Source of the DNA: Dimorphilus gyrociliatus | Taxonomy: Eukaryota; Animalia; Annelida | Assembly (NCBI GenBank): GCA_904063045.1 | Contig: CAJFCJ010000006.1 | Span: 4,294,408-4,358,407, forward strand | Reading direction: 5' to 3' | DNA: 64,000 nucleotides | In this document: positions 51,789-62,856 of the stretch, piece by piece | Layout: each line of letters opens with the position of its first letter | How positions within the stretch are numbered: the first letter of the stretch is position 1 | The notes under the pieces: model-generated | Database searches by the model: none | What the model saw: the letters and a program-made list of their open reading frames with translations, nothing else | What the model was told of the DNA's origin: nothing | Made by a program: the position numbers and the translations under genes

Positions 51789-52637
51789 ATGAATTACGCA
51801 GGAGATACTTCCCCAATTTGTGAAGAACTTCATAGATTTACTTTTCTAAAGCAAATTCAACATGATGGTGGATGGAAATATTTTGACGATAGCGGTTTAT
51901 ACGATTCAGTTGAAAGCACAGAATCAAATACTCGGTCAGATATTTATTTTCATACAGAAGAGATTACCAGGAGAATTTTCTACAGTCAAGTTAAGAAGTT
52001 AACTCATCTAGTTAGAGATCGGGAAAAAAATTTACTTTTCGTAATTGAGAGGGATACAGGATCGATTATTCAATTAGATATGAATAAGACCAGCGATGGG
52101 GAAAAAGATGTATCCGAATTTCCAATTTTGGCTACAGTTGATAACGCTTGGCAATTGTGTAATTATTCTAATGAAGGGCGCCGAGTTATCGTTTGTATTT
52201 CGACAATTAAAGTTTCACCCCAGACTGTTACTTATATTGATGGAGAAGATATCATATGGACTGAAGAATTCAAGGAGAGCATATCTCAAGCTTGCGTTTT
52301 GAACACTTTTGACGTTGTAGTTATAACTGATAAAAGTATCATTAAGTTATCTGGTAACGATGGAAGGAGAATAAAGATGATTATTGGTGGTTACGAAGGT
52401 TTTCAATCTGCTAGTGGTATTTGCTCTGTTGCAGGCGGCGGCTTTTTAGTTTCTGATGAACGAAATAGACAGATTTACTCATTTAATAACGATCTAGATA
52501 GGCTGAAAACTTTAAATTTGGAGATTAAGCCTTCTGATATATACGTAAGCGACGAAGGAAACCTCTTTATTGCTAAAGGGAAACGCAAACCATACACTTC
52601 TTTTATTTATCATTTGCCTCAGAATAATAAGAATTGA
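51789..52637 (+). CDS. Uncharacterised intronless 282-aa protein, probable NHL-like beta-propeller in the C-terminal part
   Basis: Repeated beta-strand-rich units, for example SASGICSVAGGGFLVSDERNRQIYSF and KPSDIYVSDEGNLFIA. Confidence 0.6.
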   Translation: MNYAGDTSPICEELHRFTFLKQIQHDGGWKYFDDSGLYDSVESTESNTRSDIYFHTEEITRRIFYSQVKKLTHLVRDREKNLLFVIERDTGSIIQLDMNKTSDGEKDVSEFPILATVDNAWQLCNYSNEGRRVIVCISTIKVSPQTVTYIDGEDIIWTEEFKESISQACVLNTFDVVVITDKSIIKLSGNDGRRIKMIIGGYEGFQSASGICSVAGGGFLVSDERNRQIYSFNNDLDRLKTLNLEIKPSDIYVSDEGNLFIAKGKRKPYTSFIYHLPQNNKN

Positions 52638-52986
52638 CGTATTCATTTTTTGAATTTTATAACTATTGGAAAGAACGTCTTAACAATAAATAGAAAGTTA
52701 GAGTTTTCATTAATATGCATTGTTATCTTAATTAAAATAATTATATTGAATGCAAGATAATAAAAGTCTCATTATTATTTAATAAATCTCTTATCAAATA
52801 TACAGTATAATACTTTATAAAGTTTGTGATTACTTTCAATATGGCGATCGTGTTAACCAATAAGAAAGTGTTCCTCTAGCAGACGATACTGATCGTCTGT
52901 TGATTATTTTTTAAAACAATTAAATAATCACAAAAACACTTACCACCAAAATTATTTATTGCGATTTATTTCAAGATTACTAATTA

Positions 52987-54641
52987 ATGACATCTTCTAT
53001 ACTTAGACTAATACCACTCTCTTGTAAAAGAATGTTTGCCAATAAATCATATTCCAAAGGGAAAGCTAAAATCGGCATTATACAACTCAGATGTACTGCA
53101 GATAAAAATGCTAATTATGATAGTGCATCATATTTAATAAAACAGGCTGCTAGTCAGGGTGCAAAAGTTGTTTTTCTCCCGGAGTGCTGCGACTACGTAT
53201 CAGAATCAAAAGAGCAAGCTCTGGAATTGGCAGAAACCTTAGATGGACCTTTAATAACCAAGTATAAGAGGTAAGTAATTGGTTTAATTATTCTCCTATT
53301 TATAAATTATCAATGCACAGTTTAGCAAAAGAGCTGAGTGTTTGGATGTCCTTAGGTGGGATACACGAGAAAAGACTAGATGACCCTAAACGAACTTCAA
53401 ATTGCCATGTCATAATTAACAGTGATGGCGATATTGTGTCGACTTATCATAAAGTTCATCTTTTTGATCTGGACATACCGGGGAAAATCAAACTAAAAGA
53501 AACCAATTTCACGGTACCGGGTGAAAAATTGGTCCTCCCAGTACCTTCTCCAGCTGGATCAATTGGGATGGGAATCGTATCCTTTTTTCGTACAGCCTGT
53601 GTCTATCATCAGTGAAGAGAAATGAACTAAATATTTTCCTTAACTGATAATTATTGCTACGATGTAAGATTTCCAGGTATATCTGAATGGTTACGACTAC
53701 AAGGAGCCCATATACTAACATATCCTTCAACTTTTACGATTGTTACTGGAAGGGCTCATTGGCATACTTTAATGAAATCCAGAGCTATTGAGACTCAGTC
53801 GTATGTTATATCTGCCGCTCAAGAAGGCCAGCATAATGCGAAAAGAAGCTCGTATGGACACTCGATTGTTGTTGATCCATGGGGCTCTGTCTTAGTAGAT
53901 TTAGAAACAAAAACACCTTCATTTGGTGTTGTTGATATTGATTTAGACTTCCTCAATACCAAACGAATCGAAATGCCTGTTGATGTTCATAGACGAGATG
54001 ACTTATATGGTTCTTACGGTATTATCTCCGAATCAGAAAAAACGTCAGAGCTAGAACAATGGATAGGTCTAGAATCAGGATATTTTAATTTTGGACCTGA
54101 TATCAAGATTGAAGAAAGATGTTTATTTTTCCAAACAAAACGGTAAATTCTTAATAGTCTATCAAAAAAGATTATAAAAATATAATGGTGGTTTCAGATG
54201 TGTTGCATTTGTCAATCTTAAACCAGTTAGGCCTGGTCATGTGTTGATTAGTCCTAAAAGAATAGCAGCTAAATTTACAGATCTTTCAGCTGAGGAGATA
54301 TCAGACTTATGGTCCACAGCCCAAAAGGTTCAAAAGATTATGGAAACCGAATATGCAACCGAGAGTTCGACACTAGCAATACAAGATGGACCGGAAGCTG
54401 GACAATCTATCCCTCATGTTCACATCCACGTTATTCCTCGTAAATCCGGTGACTTTCCTAGAACTGACGACGTCTATACAGAGGTTTGATAATTAAAAAA
54501 ATAAAGAAAAAAACTCTTTTTCACTTTCTATTTAATGTCTAGCTTGAAAAGCATGATAAAGATGAAAACAGACCAGCAAGGACGATGGAAGAAATGGAAG
54601 CAGAAGCTCAAAAATTAAGAAAATATTTCTATAAAAATTGA
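52987..54641 (+). CDS. NitFhit: NitFhit fusion protein (Nit1 nitrilase-family amidase plus Fhit HIT hydrolase), 5 exons, 470 aa
   Basis: Exons 52987-53270, 53321-53576, 53655-54142, 54198-54483 and 54543-54641 sum to 1413 nt. Triad motifs FLPEC, YHKVHLFD and GI|CYDVRF, plus HIT motif HVHIHVIP. Confidence 0.95.
53577..53654 (+). other. U12-type (minor spliceosome) intron with apparent GT-AT termini in NitFhit
   Basis: 5' site GTATCCTTTT at 53577, branch site TTTTCCTTAAC at 53634-53644, 10-nt spacer ending AT. Removal restores GMGI-CYD in frame. Confidence 0.82.
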
Positions 54642-55185
54642 AAAAGTTTTAACTTATTAAAATTGAATAAAAGAAAACAAGAACTATTGAAAAAATGTTT
54701 CAACTTGAGCAATTAGTTTATTTTTAGTACTTAACAAAATACCCTATATTTAAAAAACTAATAATACAATTCGCTCATAATTAATAATACGTAGAACAAA
54801 TAAATAAAACGTGTAATAATATATTTCATTTATGTTAGGATATATCATTAATAATGTGCTTTTTTTTCTTTTTTTTAAGAAAAATGACAAACAGTAATAG
54901 ATAAATAGTAAATAGTTAATAAACGGTAATATCTTTAGAAAATATATTTTAATCTTTTTGAAAATAAAACATTGATATTCTTGTAAAAAGTAAAAATTTA
55001 TACTTGAGTACAGAGGGAGGAAAGGAGGAAATAGGATGAGGGGGGGGGGAGGAGGGGAGGGGATTTTAAAGAAGAAAAAAATATGACCACTGCGAATTTT
55101 CTACAAAGAGTGCTCGAGTCAAAACATTAACTAACTTACTGACCACAACAACGAAAAACAGTAGTATTATTTAAGAATACTCCAG

Positions 55186-58100
55186 TTAATATGGACGCGC
55201 GCTTTGATGAGTTGATATAGGCTGAGATGTAAATACAGGGGGTGAACCATCAAGCCACTGTAAAATAAATTTTTCGTTATATTTAATTAATATAATTAAA
55301 TTAAATATAACAAAATTTTACTTCGATGAGTTTATGTTCAGGTTGCCCGCCAGCGTTCAAGTAATCGTTTAATAAAAGTTCACTGAATTGTTTGTACAAG
55401 CTACTATATTCGATCGAACTTTGTTGATTTCCACATTTTTCATAAATTCCTATAGAATGGAAGGAATTAATTTGGATTTCTCTTGTTTAAAGATAACTTC
55501 CTCGTTTTACCTTTAAGTAGAAAAGATGCCCATAGCTGGACATGATTATCAGGTATTTTCGCTGCTAACTGCATTGCTGGATTAATCATGTTTAATGCCT
55601 CCTATTATAATTATGAAATAAAAATTCATAAGCTATGCTTGTAGAGTGATTGATAATAAACAAACCGTAGAGTTACTTTGGTCACAAAATATATGACCAA
55701 GCAGAACTAATCCACATGCAGTTAATCGGTTTAATTCCTCGCCATTAGCAATCTTGATTGATTCCCTTAGAACTCGTCTAAAAGAAACATATTTTTAAAT
55801 AGGAGTCAATGCTTGTTTAGAAGTTGATGTTTTTCAGAAAAAACTATCGATCATACTTAGCATCGTGGTATCTTCTTTCAAAAAATGCCTGTAAACCTTT
55901 GACGTATAACGTTGAGGCTTTGACACTTTGATTACTGGACATAATAAAAAAGAATTACTTTGATTTTTAGGATACTTATTAAGAGCTATTGATACAAACT
56001 CTTGATTGCAAGCAACGTGATTGTCACATTTCTCTAGTAAGCTTACAACTTCTGCTTGACGATTCATTTTTAAATAGCATATAGCTAGATTTAGTCTGAT
56101 AAACGTTGCTAATTCTTTATCAGCACTCTATAGAAAGAATACATTTGCTAATTAAATTAATAAATAGATAGATAATTAAGGTTAATTACTTTAATAGCCA
56201 GACTAAACTGAGCCTCTGCAGCATCCATACAATTCATTGACATCGCATATAATCCCTGTAGAGAATAGATCAATTAATATAAATTTATAAAATATTCAAA
56301 TGTTAAAACAAACGATTAAAGTATGAAGTTGAGAACTATGAGTGCGAAACAATCTTGGAGCTGATTGAGAAACATGATTACTGGCGTGCATGATCTATAA
56401 AATGAAAATATAGTAAACGTTAATACATTACAAATTCATCTAAGATATATATAATATATACTTACTCCTTTAATTGCTTCATATTGATTACCAGATATAA
56501 TCTTACATTGTATGACTTGTTCAAATAGGAACAATTCCATTGATTTCAGTAAAGGACTATCCACTGCTCCAGCAGCTGGAATTTATTTGATAAAAAGTAA
56601 TCGGATTATAGAGATAAATTACGAACAATTTTGTCTTTTACTACCTTTCAAGTTGTTTACGTGACTAAGGGCTTTTTCGGTATACTTCGAAGCCTTTTCT
56701 ACACAACCGGCTTGCAGTGAATGAATAATTGTTACCAAATATACAACAACGCATATTTGATCCTTTGGCATCCAATGAAACTTGTCAATTGGATTATAAT
56801 TCATTGTATCTTCTTCAGGCATATTAGTTAAAGTTTGTATAGTTTGCTGCAGTTGCTTTAAAGACGGTTTGCATGATTTTACCTAAAAAAGGAAATTATT
56901 ACTGATTACCTAAAAAATGCTTGTTAATTATATATTTTAAAGAAATTTCAGTGTAATAAAATTGATTAATAATTTAACACAAAAGTCCTATAAATAATTT
57001 ACAAACCTTTCCAGTAATTAAATATTGATAGACATCCAAAAAGAGGTAAAAAGTACGTAGACTCTCTCGATGATATTGGGAAGTCATTTGCTCAATACAT
57101 CTAGCAGACGCAGCCATAGCAGTTGGAATTTGATCCAGTTTCTTCCCCATAAGAAGTACCTTAATGTTATATAGACAATTTTAAATGTTAGACTTTATCA
57201 AGTGTAAATTTATTAAAAGGAAGCTAACCATAGCTTTACTTAACAAAAACAAGCCTTGAGTATAAAACGATCTATGAGATGCAGCGAAATCACTTCCGAT
57301 TGACAGCATTTGAACAGCAACATCATACTGATAATCAGCTATAAAGTTTTCCTGGAATTGTCAATTTTTTAATATCATTTGTAATAAAGCATTCTTCAAA
57401 ACTTACCGACACCTGCAGCAAAAGTAGACAATGCCAATACGGAAATTGACCAGATCTATCAATAGCTGTCCTTAAAATTGCCTTAGAATCTTCAGTATTT
57501 CCCTTTATTAATAAACAATATATTAAATATATTACGCAGATGTTATGCAAATATCCAAAACTATATCATACCTGAGAAATGTACAGTTTGGCAAGTGTCG
57601 AAGCAGTTTCAAATATTACACTATCATCTAAAACCTAAATTTATGTTAAGGAAATCATTTACTTTCAAGTATGTAGTAAATCAATTCTACTATCCAATCT
57701 TTTGTTTCGATCCAATAAAACTCAAACTTACTGAATGATTGTTAGAAAAAGCTATATAAATATAGATATGAGATTAATTTGGAAAAAGCTGAAGCTTTTA
57801 ATGTTATTGTAAAACGTCCATAAAAGAGGTTAATATGAATATTATAGGCTTTTGAGATGAAAATCTAATAGGTTTATTGCAATTTTGTCGACTTAATTAC
57901 AGCTAAGGATATAAATTCTCCAGCTTCCCTTAGTAACTTTCATTTTATGTCATTGATTAATGAAAATTTAAGGTATACTCAATTATCTATAAATGGATTT
58001 AGGGGGATAAAAGAATTAGCCAGCGTATGTAGCCGAGCGTTTTTAGGCAACCTTGAAAGGTATTTTGACGTTTACGAATACGTATAACTTCATATTGATA

Positions 58101-58578
58101 GTAGTGGCGTGCTATTAAAAATTTCGTTATCGTTTAAGAGATGGATATTAAAAGCCTATTGTACTAATATTTAAAAAAATAATATACCATCATCAACTAC
58201 ATATCTTACTGTACTAAAAAGGGAAAAATATTGCAAAAATGTGTTTTATAAAGGATACACTTTGGCTTAGCTGCCACTGAAAAAGCGTAAAAATAACATT
58301 TACTTAACAAACAGTGATAATTAAGTATAACTTACAGCAGTTTCTAGATGCCTTTGCGCCAAGTCGATATTATTTGTTTGCTTAAATAAAATTGATCCCA
58401 ATTGATAATTCGTCCGTGCTTCCAATCTTGGATGTAACTTGAAGGATAAAATACTCCTTAGGCACTGAATACATGCTTTATAATTTGGAGGATTAGTAGT
58501 CCTAAATTTTTCTGCTAATCCTAATAAAGATGCGTAAATCGGAGACAATTCTTGAGTGATGACGGCTGGAGTGGCCAT
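55186..58578 (-). CDS. MAU2: MAU2/Scc4 cohesin loader subunit, multi-exon
   Basis: [15 protein letters not shown]...CIQCL...[35 protein letters not shown] and a WLDGSPP C-terminal exon ending TAA at 55188-55186. Confidence 0.95.
57635..58258 (-). other. U12-type GT-AG intron (624 nt) in MAU2
   Basis: Minus-strand 5' site GTATCCTTTAT at 58258, branch TTTCCTTAAC at 57654-57645, 10-nt spacer ATAAATTTAG. Joins WQLSQS to VLDDSVIFE in frame. Confidence 0.9.
58259..58276 (-). other. 18-nt microexon (WQLSQS) of MAU2
   Basis: ttttcag|TGGCAGCTAAGCCAAAGT|gtatccttt supplies the residues expected from the homologue (AW-x-x-SQ). Confidence 0.85.
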
Positions 58579-58990
58579 CGTTTGAATAACACGGCCCTAT
58601 ATAGTTGAAATCTCAGGAAATCGACGACAATTTGCTGAATTTAGATGGTCATTTAATTAACCCGCCGAATGTTTACAAGCAAAGCAAAGGCGCCATTTTA
58701 TATTATTATTCAGGGACACTGGTTCCGTCTCGAATTTCTAAACGCACTGCAATTTTTATTGGCGGAACAGATACCAGATTAATGAATGAAAAACGTTGGT
58801 GAATGGTGTTAAAGTAAAAGTTCCATCACTAATTAGGGATAATAACTGTTAAGAAATTTAACGTTTTGTAACAAAAATGTAACAATCTTCTCAGTTTCCA
58901 CTCATCCTCTTAGTCTTGCTTTTGTCAAGGGAAGAAACTGACATTGTATTCTGTTTTCAAGTATTTTAGTGCCGTTTAAATATCGTTCAG

Positions 58991-61706
58991 ATGTCGTCGA
59001 GCCATAAACCGAAAATTATGTTCCCGGCCTTTGCGGCCTATCAGAATTCATCCCCAAATAAAGAAGAGAATACGATACAGGACAGCTCCCTGGAATGGTT
59101 AAATAGTAAAAGCTATATTGCACCTAGCCAAGAAATCGAAGAAAAATCAAGTGAAAGCAATAGCTTAGATGGCGAACCACGTAGGAAGAAAAAGAAGAAG
59201 AAAGAAAAAAAGGCTAAGCACAAGAAAGTGAAGAAAGAACGATCTCCCCCCCCTAAAAGAGAACGGCCGTCAACTAAGAGAGAAAAGCCTAAGGATTATT
59301 TTAAAGATACAATTCCTGATAGAAATACTCTGCAATTCGGTTGCTTATATGAAAAAGACGTTCCGAAATATAAGAGGCCTAGTTCTTATACACTCGGTGT
59401 AAGAAGTCGTAAAAATTTTCCTTCTTCAAAATTGGAGCGTTATCATATGAAAAAGATACGAAAACTAATTAAAAAAGATGGAGAATCGGTCAAGCTTGAT
59501 AAAGGATTTAAATTTATAGGACAGGAATTCATAGCATTTTCTAAATGGGAATGTGATAATGAACAAGAATTTCAACCATTTGATTTAATAAGGAAACTCG
59601 AACATCAAGTACAAACGGATCCAGCAGATATAGATTCCTGGTTTAAGTTGGCCGAAGCTCATAGTCAAAATCAAGCTGTTTTAAATGAAGATGCAAAACT
59701 TGATATGATGGAAAGTGTCTTACAGAAAGCTAGAGAGAAAAATCCGGCTAACGTTGAAATTCTTACTCATTTCCTTAACCGAAAGAAAACAGTAGATGAT
59801 CAAGAATGGAAAAAAATACTCTTCAATCACATGAATGACGAAAGAGTTTGGCAAGTTTATCTAAACTATAATACTTATCGACAAATGAGTTTTAACATTC
59901 GAAATATTGCCAACGTGTTTACAAAATGTATAAAAGACTTTAAAAGAATCTTAGACGGCCATGTCTTAACTCATCCTCCCCGAAAAGATGCAAATAAGTA
60001 CTTGCTGTCTTTTTTTTCAATGTACTGCTCAGTGTTAAAAAGGAGTGGATCGTCCGAAAAAGCACTCGCAACATGGCAAGCCTTCTTAGAACTCAACTTT
60101 AATTGTCCAGATAATTTAGTAAATTCTGCCTTAAACACACAATTCTACTTTCTGGATCAATTCTGGGATTCAGGCGTACCTCGAATAGGAGAGAAGCATT
60201 CTGTAGGTTGGAAAAATAGTACTAATCAAAGTGTCGTAGAGCCATCTGCGGCTTTAAATGAAGACGAATTAGTTGAAAAGTATAAAAATAAGGGAGAGAG
60301 TCGAGTATGGTTAGCTTTGGAAAAATTACGCGAAAATTCTCATTACCTAAGCTGTCGGAAGGATGATGAAGTTGATGATTATGAACGCATTATACTTTTC
60401 GATGATGTAAAAGATTTCTTATTTATAAATAATGATAAGAGGTAACATCTGTCTTTTATTAATTATTCGAATTTACATTTTAACTCTGTCTTCTTTCAGG
60501 CAAATCCTGGAGCTCGTTGGAGAATTTTTTGAAATATCTCCATCTCCCTACGACATTATAACTGAAATGAATTTTAAAATGGCACCCGTTAGCTCGTGGA
60601 TGAGCGGAATAGCTGAACTCATTTTAGAACACATGGCCAATATATTAGAAAATTTTGATAATGAATTACTAGAATATTGGATAACAAAATGGTTTGATTA
60701 TTTAATACGCAGCCAAGATAAGAAATCTATTAAAAAAGCCAAGAATATATTATGTATGGAATTTTGTAAATCTAACTCATTCTTTTGGGCGAAATTAGCT
60801 CAGTTATTATGCAAACACGACAGAAGAATTGAAGCAGAACAAGTAATTGAGCAAACGAAAAGGCGTTGCGTAAAATGTTGCAATATTTATGCACAAATTT
60901 ATTTGGGCATCTTGGGAGGGCAAATGAATAAAGAAAAGGCCAGAAATGTTTTAGGAATAGTTGTTGATTTTGAGAGAGTTGCTACAGATATTGATATATT
61001 GAGAACTAAAAACTCGTTTGAAGAGAGAATTTTAGCGGTTACTTCACCTCATCTAGATATTTCATATGCAATGTTTTTATATGCGATTGATTACGTAAAA
61101 TCCGCCTTTGACTTTCTTGAAGCTCGTCTAAGAGTCTATGAAAATAATATGGATCATTTTAGAATTGTTACCGATTTACGAGTTCGCCTTGCTCAGCATT
61201 ATTTGTCTACAGATCCCACCGCCGCTCCGAAAATTTTAAACTCTTGCATTTTTGAAGCTATTAAAAAGTTTCCCAGAGAAGTCGATTACCATTGTGCCTT
61301 TTTAAAACTTAAAAACGAAAGAATTTTAAGGAATTTTTTGGATGAATTAATTTCCAATAAGGAATATTGCGAAATTGAGACGATTCATGTAACGAGAGCT
61401 TTGTTAGAAATCGAAGCAGATAATGTTGAAAGGACTTTTTCTGTTCTAGAGGAGGCAGTCGCAAAATGTCCAAGAAGTACCATTATTTGGAGGATGTTAA
61501 TGTACTATACAGCTAAGAAAAAGACTTCGGAAAATGTTGAAAAGATTTTTCATAGATCACTACAATCGTGTGTCCCTGATAAGATCCTATATACTGATTT
61601 TGTATTATTAGTACCAAAAAGTGTTCAACTGGTTACTGACCTATTAACTGAAAAATTGATGAGAATACGAACGCCTCTTGAAGAGGTTCGCGTTCTTATT
61701 GAGTAA
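58991..61706 (+). CDS. NRDE2: NRDE2 (nuclear RNAi / exosome regulator, HAT/TPR repeats), 2 exons, 885 aa
   Basis: Exons 58991-60441 and 60500-61706. Family motifs: MFPAF N-terminus, PDRNTLQFGCLY, EKALATWQAFLELNF, FWDSGVPRIGE, DYERIILFDDV and EKLMRIRTPLEE. Confidence 0.9.
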
Positions 61707-61889
61707 TGTATTTTTATATGAAAATGATAGTTTAATCCAACTCTTCGATGCAAGTGATTGTTATCCTTGAAAAATAAAACCCTTTCTTATAATTTTGTTA
61801 TAAGTATACAAATTTACTTTATTGATTTTTAATATTTCAGCATTAAATACTTTTCAATATAATTAATAGTTCTAGAGTCTATTTTTGTT

Positions 61890-62604
61890 TTAATCAAGTG
61901 CTGATCTCAATGTCATTAAAACCGGTCCATCATCGTAATCTTTGATTCCTTTGTTCCTCTTTGGCAAGCACGAGAAATCTCTCTGATTTACACTTGGACA
62001 AACCGAAGGTTGAGGACAACAACAGCGTCGAAGTGGCTGTAATATTATTCTATTAATCTCTGTTAACATTAAAATCTAACAAGGTTTACTTGTAATGTAT
62101 TGGCGCTTGGTTTCATGGGCGAATGGTTGAAGTAAGGGTTTTGATTGAAATTTCCAGAATTTCTCAAAATAGCTCTCATTCCTGCCTCGAAGCAAGGACA
62201 AATATTATTATAAGATTTTTTCTTGTGTTTTTTCTTCTGCTGTATTTTATGCTTGATAGAATTGTCAGAAGACAAACTGGATGTTTGACAACACTGGCAT
62301 CGACCCTCGCGTCGCTTTTTATTACCTATCAAGTTTGATTTAAAGTTTAAACTCTTGTAAAGCTTTAGATATAAAAACTTTTCTAATAAACAATCTTACC
62401 TCTACTTTGATGGTGCTTGGCGCGATCATCTCTTTTCTGTTTATACTTTTTTTTTTTATAACCTTTTCTTATATCGTCAAAAACAAAACCACTAGAAGTA
62501 GATACTTCAATTTCGGCCCTTCTAGTTTCAATATCTTGATCATTAGTGACATAAGATTCGCTAAAGTCAATTTCACTATCACCTAAATCATTTGAATTTG
62601 ACAT
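61890..62604 (-). CDS. Uncharacterised basic, Cys-cluster orphan protein, 3 exons, about 195 aa
   Basis: Exons 62604-62400, 62325-62090 and 62036-61890 join in frame through GT-AG introns. No family was recognised. Confidence 0.55.
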
Positions 62605-62856
62605 GAAGCTTTTTAGACTTAAATAATTTCAACTAAAAACAAATTCTTATTTCTATTAGATTTGTTTAAATTTTAAATATTTATTTGACAATGTGTCTAT
62701 ATTTATAAACTTTTTTTCTTTCTTAATTTAAACCATTTTGTCAACAACTTAAAATCAAAACCAATTAGTAGGTTACTCCTCAAAATATAAGAACACAGAA
62801 GTAATATTATTTTGACATTTTTCATACAGTATTTATATTGATTTGTTAAAAATGCT

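Noticed and set aside
507-61706. Apparent clustering of genome-maintenance genes (TIMELESS, TOP3B, MAU2, NRDE2, PIN, GIY-YIG-like)
   Set aside because: The genes lie on mixed strands among unrelated housekeeping genes, with no evidence of an operon or co-regulation.
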